Assembly (NCBI GenBank): GCA_963675525.2 | Contig: CAXXSL010000001.1 | Location: forward strand, 64,001 to 128,000 | Direction: 5' to 3' | Length of the DNA stretch: 64,000 nt | Origin: Anaerohalosphaeraceae bacterium | Lineage (GTDB): Bacteria; Planctomycetota; Phycisphaerae; Sedimentisphaerales; Anaerohalosphaeraceae | Shown here: in pieces, positions 28,729 through 38,183 of the stretch | Position numbering within the stretch: position 1 is the first letter of the stretch | How the letters are laid out: each line of letters starts with the position of its first letter | Position numbers and translations under genes: made by a program | Notes under the pieces: generated by a model | Seen by the model: the letters and a program-made list of their open reading frames with translations, nothing else | Database searches by the model: none | What the model was told of the DNA's origin: nothing

Positions 28729-28900
28729 TTCATTCTCCTTTCGGGAACAATCAATGATTTCCTGCGATTTCACATGTTAAGACGCCGAGAACCGAATGGT
28801 GTTTCAATAAATCGTTATAAAAAGGGCGGGGGTATTATAGACCGCCGGCTTCGGGATGTAAAACGGAAAAAACCCACGTGTACCCTGCACGGTTGCGGCT

Positions 28901-29617
28901 TTATTTTCCGAAGATTCCCTTCCAGAGGCTTACGGGGAATTTCGCCATTCCGATGGCCACGCCGTAGATCGACCACTTCAACCCTCCCCGGACGGTATAT
29001 TTCCACTGGTCCTTTTCGTTTCCGAGAAAGCGTATCCAACCCCGTTGTTCCATATACCCCAGCCGTTGATATCGCAGCCGCCGGAGGTCTTCGAGTTCCT
29101 GTCCGGCAGTGAACGGTTCGAACGCCCAGTCGTGGGCGTTGATCTTGTCGATATGATGCCGGTAGGCTTTTTTGACATCGGTCGTGAGGATCAAATTGTT
29201 TGTTGTCATGCCCGACAGGTCGTATTCGTCTGCGGATTGATTGGTGATAGTCACAAAGGCATGACCGTCCGGCGTTTTGGAGAACAGCCAGGCTCCCTTG
29301 ATCCGGATCTTATAGAGGGCCCCGGCCCCCAGCAGGGCCAGCGTATATCCGTCTTTGGAGATCAGAAAGTCATAGACGATGCGATAGGATGGCCCTTTGT
29401 TGTCGTAGCCGCGTTCCAAAAACGTAAAACCATATTCCTGTGCCTGTGCCCGGGCATATTCGAGAAATCGGTCATGTTCGGCTGAAAGCTCAAACGGCTC
29501 GAACGGGAAACCCCGACTGTACGGCCAGACCTTGCGTTTTTCAATAATGGCAGTGATAAACGGCAGTATCGCCGAGACCAGGAAGACGACCGGGATAATC
29601 AGGATAAATTGACACAT
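28901..29617 (-). CDS. Hypothetical membrane-anchored protein
   Basis: N-terminal TM; AGGAGG RBS before ATG 29617. Confidence 0.7.
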   Translation of the reverse strand: MCQFILIIPVVFLVSAILPFITAIIEKRKVWPYSRGFPFEPFELSAEHDRFLEYARAQAQEYGFTFLERGYDNKGPSYRIVYDFLISKDGYTLALLGAGALYKIRIKGAWLFSKTPDGHAFVTITNQSADEYDLSGMTTNNLILTTDVKKAYRHHIDKINAHDWAFEPFTAGQELEDLRRLRYQRLGYMEQRGWIRFLGNEKDQWKYTVRGGLKWSIYGVAIGMAKFPVSLWKGIFGK

Positions 29618-29943
29618 AACAGTAAAACCTCCTTTTTTGTTATCGTACGGCACATAATATAGCCCGCCGGCTTCAAGATGTAAAATATTTAATGTGGCAG
29701 GCAGCGGTCGAATGGGCATTTTGGTCCGATAAGGGAGGTTTTGGAGGTACAATGCACCTGGTTTTGGGCGGGAGGGAAGTTTATTTTATTTTTTCGTTGT
29801 ATTGGGCGGCTTTTTGCCGATAATTAATAACAGTACAAATAGTACAAGAAGTATATTTTTTCATCTCTCAGAAATATCCTTCCAAATGAATTTAATCGAG
29901 AGATATTGTTTAAGCGGTCTAAAAAGGCCAAGGAGTAGTTAGT

Positions 29944-30147
29944 ATGAGCACAGGTACAGTAAAATGGTTCAATGCAAGTAAGGGTTTTGGTTTCATCACT
30001 CCGGATGACGGCGGCAACGATCTGTTCGTTCACCATACGGAAATCAAGACGGGTGGCTATGCGACCCTCGATGAAAATCAGAAAGTCACCTATGAAGTCG
30101 GCGAAGGCAAAAAAGGCCCATGTGCAAACAATGTGGTTCCTGCCTAA
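29944..30147 (+). CDS. csp: Cold-shock protein, copy 1
   Basis: GTVKWFN..KGFGFI, LFVH. Confidence 0.97.
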   Translation: MSTGTVKWFNASKGFGFITPDDGGNDLFVHHTEIKTGGYATLDENQKVTYEVGEGKKGPCANNVVPA

Positions 30148-30169
30148 GTTATACAACACGCTAAGAATC

Positions 30170-30202
30170 GAAAAGGCTCTGCTTCGGCAGGGCCTTTTTT
30201 TT
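30170..30202 (+). terminator. Rho-independent terminator
   Basis: GGCTCTGC-TTCG-GCAGGGCC + T-run. Confidence 0.85.
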
Positions 30203-30519
30203 GTCCTCCTTCCTGCGACGGCGGGGCCTATCATAGAATGTTCAATATAGAAGGTAAAATATTAAATATGGCAGGCAGGGGCAAATCGGCCTTTTGACGC
30301 GATAAGGGTGGTTTACAAGGAGCGATGGGTCCGGTTTTGAGCGGGCGGCAAAGTTTATTTTATTATTTCGTTGTATCGGCCCGGCTTTTCACCGATAATA
30401 ACCAACAGTACAAATAGTACAAGAAGTGTATTTTTTCATCTCTCAGAAATATCCTTCCAAATTTATGTAATCGAGAGATACTGTTTAAGCGGTCCGTTAC
30501 GGACCAAGGAGTAGTTAGT

Positions 30520-30723
30520 ATGAGTACAGGTACAGTCAAATGGTTCAATGCAAGTAAGGGTTTTGGTTTCATCACTCCGAATGAAGGCGGCAGCGATCTG
30601 TTCGTCCATCATTCAGAAATCAAGACAGAGGGCTATGCCAGCCTCGATGAAAATCAGACCGTCACTTATGAAGTCGGCGAAGGCAAAAAAGGCCCGTGTG
30701 CAAACAATGTGGTCCCTGCCTAA
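30520..30723 (+). CDS. csp: Cold-shock protein, copy 2
   Basis: Near-identical to copy 1. Confidence 0.97.
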   Translation: MSTGTVKWFNASKGFGFITPNEGGSDLFVHHSEIKTEGYASLDENQTVTYEVGEGKKGPCANNVVPA

Positions 30724-30759
30724 CGATACAACACGATAGACAACATGCTAAGGAATCGA

Positions 30760-30791
30760 AAAGGCCCTGCTTCGGCAGGGTCTTTTTTTTT
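30760..30791 (+). terminator. Rho-independent terminator
   Basis: GGCCCTGC-TTCG-GCAGGGTC + T-run. Confidence 0.85.
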
Positions 30792-30831
30792 GTTCTCCCG
30801 CTTGGGCGATTCAGTGGTCCGCATCCCCGCA

Positions 30832-32205
30832 TTATTCGATGGTGACGGCGAGGCTGTCGCCAATTTTGAGGCCTTTGGCGTGGGCTGAGACATCGACCAT
30901 GAAGTAACGGCTGCAGCGGCCGCGGAGCGGACGGTTTTTTTCGATGAGTACGTTTTCGGTCAGGCCCGCACAGGACTTGCGGAACCTTTGCTGCAAGATA
31001 TAGTCTAATTCCTGCAGGGCCCCGCAGCGGCGTTTCAGCTCTTTGCCATCGATCTTACCGAATAATTTTGCCATCTTCACCGCGGCGGTGTTTTTTCGCA
31101 GGCTGAAGGGGAACACGTGGATCTTCGCAAAGCCGACCTGCTCGGCGACCCGCAACGTCTGCTCGAAATCCGCTTGGGTTTCGCCGGGAAAGCCGACGAT
31201 GATATCGGTGGTGATGGCGGGGCGGTCAAAGGCGGCCTTAACCCGCTTGACGACACGGATAAAATCCTCGATGCGGTACTGCCGGGCCATTTTCCGCAGA
31301 ACAGTGTCCGAACCGCTCTGCAGCGACAGGTGCAGATGCGGCATAATAGTAGGATGTGCACTCATCACATCCAGCAGTCTGTCGGTGACATCCAGCGGTT
31401 CCAGCGAACTTAACCGCAGTCGCTGAAGACCGTCCAGCCGCGCGACCGCGTCCACCAACCCAGCCAGCGCATCGCGGTTCTTGGCGTCCCATCGCTTCCG
31501 TCGCGCGGTCGTCTGCCCATAGGCCCCCAGAAAGATACCCGTCAGCACGATTTCCCTGTGGCCGGCGGTAATCAGGTTTCGGGCCTCATCCAGGACACTT
31601 TTTACATCCTTGTTACAAACATTCGTGCGGATTTTGGGTATAATACAATAGGTACACGAGGCATCGCAGCCGTCCTGAATTTTCAAAAACGCTCGACACT
31701 GACCGGCAAAACGATGCAGCGGGTCCATGAATTGCCCCTGATATCCCGCATCAGGGCTGATCAGGGGGCTGCCAGAGGCATTATTCTGTGATAAGCTACC
31801 GTTTTTATCCTTGATTTTGGGGATATTTGCTGGTTTACTACGGATGTCTGTATGCCGGACGGGGGTTTTATTTGCGAATAGACGGTTCAGAACCGCCGGC
31901 AGCGTGGTCTTATCTTTGACAATATGAATATCGGAAAGATGCTGCAGTTCGGCCCTGTCGCCGCCGGTCAGACAGCCGGTGACGATGATGGCTGCGTCCG
32001 GGCGAGCCCTGTGGGCCCTGCGGATGGCCTGACGGCTCTTGGATGAGGCGATGTGCGTGACACAGCAGGTGTTGACCACGACCACGTCCGCCGGATGGGT
32101 ACGCGACGATATCGCCAGCCCGGATCGTTCCATCGCCTGACGAATTTGCTGGCTTTCGTACTGGTTGACTTTGCAGCCGAGAGTATGGATCGCATAAGTC
32201 TTCAT
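30832..32205 (-). CDS. mtaB: tRNA methylthiotransferase, MtaB-type radical SAM
   Basis: TLGCKVNQYES, NTCCVT, KIQDGCDASCTYC, HLSLQSG, HVFPFS.R. Confidence 0.88.
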   Translation of the reverse strand: MKTYAIHTLGCKVNQYESQQIRQAMERSGLAISSRTHPADVVVVNTCCVTHIASSKSRQAIRRAHRARPDAAIIVTGCLTGGDRAELQHLSDIHIVKDKTTLPAVLNRLFANKTPVRHTDIRSKPANIPKIKDKNGSLSQNNASGSPLISPDAGYQGQFMDPLHRFAGQCRAFLKIQDGCDASCTYCIIPKIRTNVCNKDVKSVLDEARNLITAGHREIVLTGIFLGAYGQTTARRKRWDAKNRDALAGLVDAVARLDGLQRLRLSSLEPLDVTDRLLDVMSAHPTIMPHLHLSLQSGSDTVLRKMARQYRIEDFIRVVKRVKAAFDRPAITTDIIVGFPGETQADFEQTLRVAEQVGFAKIHVFPFSLRKNTAAVKMAKLFGKIDGKELKRRCGALQELDYILQQRFRKSCAGLTENVLIEKNRPLRGRCSRYFMVDVSAHAKGLKIGDSLAVTIE

Positions 32206-32306
32206 CGGGTCGATATGGTAGCAGATGCGGCAATTTTGATTCAAGTATTTTTATGAAATAATCAAGAAATCATTATTTTTATTATTCCGTATCACGGGAG
32301 ATTGTT

Positions 32307-34643
32307 ATGGCAGCAAATGGATTTTGGGCAATTGATATCGGGACCACGTCTCTGAAGGCACTGCGGATGCGTCACGGAGACGAAGGACTGGAAGTTGTCG
32401 GATTCAGTCACATTGAGCATTCCCGGTCGCTGACGAGCATGGGGGTTGAGCATGACCAGCGCGAGCAGATCGTCGCGGAAACGCTCCGGCGATTCATGGA
32501 AGAATACGAGATCGCCAAAGATGAGGTTGCTATCTCCATTTCCGGACAGAACAGCTTTTCCCGCTTTATTAAATTGCCCCCCGTCGAACCGAAGAAGATA
32601 CCCGAGATCGTTCAGTTTGAAGCTGTCCAGCAGATCCCCTTTGACATTAATGAGGTGGAGTGGGACTGGCAGTTGATGGAGGACGAGAACAGCCCCGATA
32701 AAGAGGTGGGTCTGTTTGCCATTAAGAATGAACTGATCTCCGAAGTGATGGACCATTTCACACGGGAAAACCTGCGGGTCACCTGTGTGCAGATCGCGCC
32801 GATGGCACTGTACAACTATGCGTATTACGATCGCGACGACGTGGCCGCTTCGGCAGATAAGGCGACGGTTATTCTGGATATGGGCGCCGACAGTTCCACG
32901 CTGGTGATCTGTACGAAAAGCAGTGTCTGGCAGCGCAGCATCCGGATTGGCGGCAACACCTTTACGCAGGCGATTGCCGATGCGTTCCACAAAGATATGC
33001 GGACTGCTGAAAAACTCAAACGCACTGCGCCGATGAGCAAATACATGCGTCAGATCTATACCGCGATGAAGCCGGTCTATACGGACTTCGGCAGTGAGAT
33101 CCAGCGGAGCCTGGGTTTTTACAGCAGCAGTCCCGCCGGTCGAGGTAAGACGTTTACCAAAGTCATCGCCCTCGGCGGCGGCGTAAAGCTGCAGGGGCTG
33201 GCCAAGTATCTGACTCAGACCCTCGGGATACCGGTTATCAAGCCGGACTCGTTTGAGAAATTGAATTTATCGCCGGATGTTTCTGCGGCTAAGTTCCATG
33301 AAAACGTTTCCGACTTTGGGGTGGTGTATGGCCTGGGCGCCCAGTTGCTCGGCGAGGCCCGGATTGCAACGAACCTGCTGCCCCGGCGGATCGCTCGTGC
33401 CATGGCCTGGACCCGCAAGGCCCGCATCTTTACCATTGCCGCCAGCGTGCTGCTGGCCGTCATGGTGCTGGGGTTGGGCAAGGCCTTCAGTGACTTAAAG
33501 AAGATACAGGGACACAGTGCCATACAGAATAAAAACAAACAAGCCATCAACCAGACCCGTGACGTGATCAATCAGATCGATGAGCAAAAGGCGCGTCTGG
33601 AACCGCTGACCGCAACGGTCGAGAAAGAAAAGGGACGCTTTCAGTATCGTGACGCGGTTCCGGAACTGAATGCGACTATCTTAAAATGCCTGCCCGGCAA
33701 GGATTATGCCGCCTCGGAGGAAGAAGAGGCCATGTATGCGGCGTTTGAGGCCGGCAATGTTAAGGAATTGACGAAAGTGCCCCGGGCGGAACGGAAACTG
33801 CTGTTTATCACCCGGGTCGCTATGGACTATACCCAAGACGTGGAAACCACAGACTTTACCCAATTTAAAAACCAGGGCATGGGCATGGGCATGCGGTTTA
33901 CCGGCAGGCCAGGGGCGACGTCGACAATCGACATGGAGATGCCTGGCGGTATGCTGGGCGGTATGCCAGGTGGAATGCCGGGCGAAATGAGTCCCGGTGG
34001 AATGCAACCCGCCAATCAGGGAGCCGTCGAGGAGGAGACGGGCGGAGCCGGTTTCGTGGTCGTGATCGAAGGATACAGCCCGTATCGGGATCTGCCGAAA
34101 CTGCTGGATCCCTTAATGGCCGGGCAGGTTCAGAGCCGTTGGGGAGTTGTCACGCGGTTTGAAAATCTTCAAACCCTTTTCCCGGACAGTCCGTTCACAC
34201 TGTTCAATAAACATGAGATCACGCATTTTAAAGTGGAGACCGGACTGGTCGATCTGAGCTTGAAGGAGATGCCCGCAGGTATCGGTGTCCAAAAGGAGAT
34301 CGAACGGGTTTCCTCCGACCAAGCCGTCCCGACTGCGGTAGGTGTCAGAGGCGGCGGCGGGTCTCGGGGTACGGATTTTGTTTACAAAGAAACCGTTCTG
34401 CTGGACCCGATGACCGGCGAGGAGATCAGCAAAACGTATGATATTGTTACCCAGCGGGATGTGGATGCCGATTCGGACTTGACGGATCGGGACCTGGGCC
34501 GCAAGAAACGGACCCCTTTCGGCGAAGATATTTTTATCGAGCGCGATCAATGGTTCCGTATTCAGGCCAAGTTCATCTGGACCGGGGGGCCAAAAATCGA
34601 AAAGCCCGCCGCGTCAGGCTATGGTGATATGTATGATTTATGA
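32307..34643 (+). CDS. pilM: Type IV pilus assembly PilM with fused PilN-like TM/periplasmic region
   Basis: WAIDIG, EAVQQIPF, ILDMGA, GG..FT.AI, NLLP followed by a TM segment. Confidence 0.88.
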   Translation: MAANGFWAIDIGTTSLKALRMRHGDEGLEVVGFSHIEHSRSLTSMGVEHDQREQIVAETLRRFMEEYEIAKDEVAISISGQNSFSRFIKLPPVEPKKIPEIVQFEAVQQIPFDINEVEWDWQLMEDENSPDKEVGLFAIKNELISEVMDHFTRENLRVTCVQIAPMALYNYAYYDRDDVAASADKATVILDMGADSSTLVICTKSSVWQRSIRIGGNTFTQAIADAFHKDMRTAEKLKRTAPMSKYMRQIYTAMKPVYTDFGSEIQRSLGFYSSSPAGRGKTFTKVIALGGGVKLQGLAKYLTQTLGIPVIKPDSFEKLNLSPDVSAAKFHENVSDFGVVYGLGAQLLGEARIATNLLPRRIARAMAWTRKARIFTIAASVLLAVMVLGLGKAFSDLKKIQGHSAIQNKNKQAINQTRDVINQIDEQKARLEPLTATVEKEKGRFQYRDAVPELNATILKCLPGKDYAASEEEEAMYAAFEAGNVKELTKVPRAERKLLFITRVAMDYTQDVETTDFTQFKNQGMGMGMRFTGRPGATSTIDMEMPGGMLGGMPGGMPGEMSPGGMQPANQGAVEEETGGAGFVVVIEGYSPYRDLPKLLDPLMAGQVQSRWGVVTRFENLQTLFPDSPFTLFNKHEITHFKVETGLVDLSLKEMPAGIGVQKEIERVSSDQAVPTAVGVRGGGGSRGTDFVYKETVLLDPMTGEEISKTYDIVTQRDVDADSDLTDRDLGRKKRTPFGEDIFIERDQWFRIQAKFIWTGGPKIEKPAASGYGDMYDL

Positions 34644-34691
34644 TTGAATTGAGAGAGTAAACCGAAACAGAAATTATTTCAGGTCATAACG

Positions 34692-36098
34692 ATGAAAGCA
34701 AAGCTATCAATGGATTTTATGAAACCGGTTGCCGGCTTTTTCCGGAAATATACCGCACTGCTGCCGTCACTTATCCTTCTGGTGGTGGCCCTGCTGTTAT
34801 TTTTGCCGATTCTCTTCGTTGGTAATTCGGTCAAGGCGGAGATGAAAAAGAGTGTGGACACCGCCCGGAATGTCAGCAGTTTGTTGAACAACGTTCCTTC
34901 CAAAGACGATCCCCGGCGCGTCAAAAGCTATATGGATCGTCTGGCTGAGGAAGTGTCCCAGATCGAAACGCTGGCCATTCGCAGCAGCATGCGCGAGTTG
35001 ATCAGCTATAATATCTTTCCGCCCAAGGGCACTTCGGCACAGTTGTACGTTGAATTTGGCGAGAAGTACCGCCAGGCGGTCAACGGCCTGATCGAAAGCA
35101 TGAACGCGCTGGACGCACCCAGCGAAGCGGAGATTCGCGCTCAAAGCGGAACAGGCGAACCCCGCATGGCCGGCGGCGACATGATGGAATTCCGCATGCC
35201 GCCAGGTCGTATGCGTGGCCGCGGCACTTCTGCCCTTGCGACCAACCCGATGGTAGAAGCCCTGTGCCTGACACGCGCACGAGAGATTTCGGTGTATGCA
35301 AAACCGTCGATCTTTTCCTGGTATGATTTTTGGCAGACCTATGAATTTGCCGGTCAGGACCAGGGGCAGGAAGACTGTTGGGATTCTCAAGTGGCTTTCT
35401 GGATTTACGAGGATATTGTTGAAACGATCCGAAAAATGAACGAAGGTTCCGACAAGATTTCATCCTCGGCGGTGAAGCGGTTTGTCGGGGTCAGTTTTAC
35501 CATGCCGCTCACGATGGACAGTAGTGCGCAATCGTTTAACAACTCCGAGTTTTCCCGCCGAGGCACCACCACCACATCACGTGATAAGCCCAATTATATT
35601 GGCCAAAGCGCTGATACCGCCGGACAGGGGGTCAACCCCCGCACCAGAAGGAGGGCAACGACGATGACGACTCTGGTCAGCAATTTCGTGAACAATCCGC
35701 TGACCAATCGCAGCAGCGACAGCGATGTGGATATTATTCATTTCGCGGTTTCGGTACTGGTGGACAATCGTTCCGTGATGGCGTTCATGAAAGAACTCTG
35801 CAGTGAAAAGCCGCATACCTTCAGAGCGGAGTTTAAGGAAGACGGTCAAATAACAGATGCGGTCCATAATCAGATCACGATCTTGAGCAGTGATATCAGT
35901 GCGGTAGACAAACAGGCTCCCGAACATGCCCTGTATCGCTATGGGGACGGGGCCGTCATGCGGCTGGATTTGATTTGTGAGTATCAGTTTTATCGCAAGG
36001 GATATGACAGCATCAAACCTGAACCGGTAAAGGTGTTATTGGGGCAGGATCAACCCGCCGAAACTCAGGCGGTTCCCACAAACCCAATGTTTAATTAA
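34692..36098 (+). CDS. Membrane-anchored protein of the pilM operon (PilO-like by position)
   Basis: N-terminal TM; operon context only. Confidence 0.6.
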   Translation: MKAKLSMDFMKPVAGFFRKYTALLPSLILLVVALLLFLPILFVGNSVKAEMKKSVDTARNVSSLLNNVPSKDDPRRVKSYMDRLAEEVSQIETLAIRSSMRELISYNIFPPKGTSAQLYVEFGEKYRQAVNGLIESMNALDAPSEAEIRAQSGTGEPRMAGGDMMEFRMPPGRMRGRGTSALATNPMVEALCLTRAREISVYAKPSIFSWYDFWQTYEFAGQDQGQEDCWDSQVAFWIYEDIVETIRKMNEGSDKISSSAVKRFVGVSFTMPLTMDSSAQSFNNSEFSRRGTTTTSRDKPNYIGQSADTAGQGVNPRTRRRATTMTTLVSNFVNNPLTNRSSDSDVDIIHFAVSVLVDNRSVMAFMKELCSEKPHTFRAEFKEDGQITDAVHNQITILSSDISAVDKQAPEHALYRYGDGAVMRLDLICEYQFYRKGYDSIKPEPVKVLLGQDQPAETQAVPTNPMFN

Positions 36099-36161
36099 TG
36101 ACAGGTGTCAGTCGGTATTATCTCATAACGGTTATACAAATAACAGATCAGGAAGATTGCG

Positions 36162-38105
36162 ATGAGTAAAAAAAAGAATATTCTGTTGATTCTCGAAAGT
36201 CAGGTTGACAAGATTGTGTTGGGGGTGATCGTTCTGGTCAGCTTGGTTTTGTTATGGATGTACGTCATTGGCAATCCGTATGGTGAGAAAGTGAGATTGG
36301 GCGGACGTGAAGTCAGCGCCACCCCCGGCAACATTGACGAGAAGATCAAACAACAGGCGGAGCGTCTTTTGGATGAACTGGAACAGTCCAGCCAAATGGA
36401 AGATTTTCGCGTCTACGACAAGAACTATGCGACTGATTATATACGCCAGTTTCAGTGTGCGGTTTTGGATCTGCCCGCAAATCTGGTTGTTCCGTGTCCG
36501 GGCGTCGGCGATGTTCTGATCGAAGAGGAACGGCTCTATACGATTCCGGTGATCCCTTCGCTGGAAGAGGTTCAGATGGCCATTCTCCGCGGGGCCGCAC
36601 AGGTTCCGGTCGATGAGGTCAACCCCGGCAATCCGTACGAAATGATTGAGACCCAGATGACCGATCTCGATCTTGTGACGGTTTCGGCACGGTTGGATTT
36701 CCAGAAACTCTATTATAATTTCCAGTTGAGCTTCAACGGCCCCGGGCTGAAATCATCGTGGAAAGATGCCCGTTTGGCAAAGCCTGTTTTCGCACGGGTT
36801 GAACTGCAGCGCCGCGCCGTCAAACAAGACGGTTCCTACGAACCGTGGACCGTTGTGCCGCGGGCCAAAGTGGATATGTATAAAAAGCTGCTCGAGCAGT
36901 TGCCGCTGGAAGTCGATCAAATGCAGTTTGGCGCCAGTGTCTGGATATCGCAATTCGAAACCCAGGCCGTTCAGTTCGATATTCTGCAGCCTGCGCCCTA
37001 TTTCTTTGGTAGAGCGAGATCTGAATGGATGCCTCCGGAATATCTGACTGAGTCTCTTGGTATACTCAAGAAGCAAGCCGACGAACTGAAACGGAAACTG
37101 AGCGAAGAACGGAAAGCGGCTCGGGAAATGCAACGGGTCGGGGACCGGGGGGGCCGTACCCAACCGCGTCAACAGCCACGCCAACAGCCGCGTCAGCAAC
37201 CGCGTCAACAACCGCGTCCGGGGACAAGGCAGGATATGCAACCACAGACACCTACGCCCGCGGAACTGGCGGCGCGCAGAACGGAACGTGAGCGAACCAT
37301 CAAGGACATTCAGCGCGATATTGACAATGATACGCTGAAAACAGGGTCGCGTTTGGATGCAAACCGTGATCCCATACTGGTCTGGGCGCACGACGATACA
37401 GCTCAGCCGGGAAAAACTTATGAGTATCGTATGCGGGTGGGTGTCTTCAATCCCATTATGGGCAAGGACTGGTTCCGCAAGGAACAAGCCGGATTTAAAA
37501 ATCAGCTCGTTCTATGGAGCGATTATCTGAATGTTCGAAAGCCAGTTGAAATTCCTAAGATGCTGCATGTTTTCCCCATGGAAACACTGACGAAAAAAGA
37601 CGGTACCAAGGAGACTGAAGGCGTCAAGGTTGAGGTTGTAAAGTATTTTATGGGGCAATGGAGGACGGAAACGTTTGATGTTTATCCCGGCCAGGTCATG
37701 GGGAATCTGGTCGAACAGTCGCCTCAGGACGCTCAGGGACCGGGCGATATGAATTTTGGGGGTGATGCAATGAGACGGTTCGTGGATAATACCATACCAA
37801 CGCCGACTGAGATTGATTTTACGTCCGGGATAACGCTGGTGGATCTGATCAAAGAATTTACCTGGAACACGCGGCTTAAACGCAGTGATTACTATGCGAT
37901 CCTGTATTTCGATGGACAAGATTTGGGCCAGGTTGCGGTCGGCAAATCGAATTGGCCGTCGGATTATTCCAAAGCGTATCGAATGGTGCAGGAGGAAATG
38001 TCGCAGGATGCTACGGGAACGGAAGGCGAATTCATGACTCCGCGGGGTTTACCGGGCGGAGCCCAGCCCGGGATGCCGCCGATGATGGAGTTGGAAGGTG
38101 GTTGA
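36162..38105 (+). CDS. Membrane-anchored protein of the pilM operon with QQPR repeats and an FN3-like segment
   Basis: N-terminal TM; HDDTAQPGKTYEYRMRV. Confidence 0.65.
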   Translation: MSKKKNILLILESQVDKIVLGVIVLVSLVLLWMYVIGNPYGEKVRLGGREVSATPGNIDEKIKQQAERLLDELEQSSQMEDFRVYDKNYATDYIRQFQCAVLDLPANLVVPCPGVGDVLIEEERLYTIPVIPSLEEVQMAILRGAAQVPVDEVNPGNPYEMIETQMTDLDLVTVSARLDFQKLYYNFQLSFNGPGLKSSWKDARLAKPVFARVELQRRAVKQDGSYEPWTVVPRAKVDMYKKLLEQLPLEVDQMQFGASVWISQFETQAVQFDILQPAPYFFGRARSEWMPPEYLTESLGILKKQADELKRKLSEERKAAREMQRVGDRGGRTQPRQQPRQQPRQQPRQQPRPGTRQDMQPQTPTPAELAARRTERERTIKDIQRDIDNDTLKTGSRLDANRDPILVWAHDDTAQPGKTYEYRMRVGVFNPIMGKDWFRKEQAGFKNQLVLWSDYLNVRKPVEIPKMLHVFPMETLTKKDGTKETEGVKVEVVKYFMGQWRTETFDVYPGQVMGNLVEQSPQDAQGPGDMNFGGDAMRRFVDNTIPTPTEIDFTSGITLVDLIKEFTWNTRLKRSDYYAILYFDGQDLGQVAVGKSNWPSDYSKAYRMVQEEMSQDATGTEGEFMTPRGLPGGAQPGMPPMMELEGG

Positions 38106-38138
38106 TCAGGGCAGATTTTTTTGACCCGAAGATGTTTT

Positions 38139-38171
38139 GAAACGGACGGATTGAATGCCGTCCGTTTTTTT
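38139..38171. terminator. Terminator between convergent genes
   Basis: AAACGGACGG..CCGTCCGTTT + T-run. Confidence 0.8.
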
Positions 38172-38183
38172 ATGTCCTCATGT

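Noticed and set aside
29680..30791. Assembly artefact explaining the csp duplication
   Set aside because: The copies differ at many synonymous and upstream positions, consistent with a real duplication.
37160..37217. 12-bp repeat as a regulatory array
   Set aside because: Synonymous variation shows it is a QQPR protein linker.
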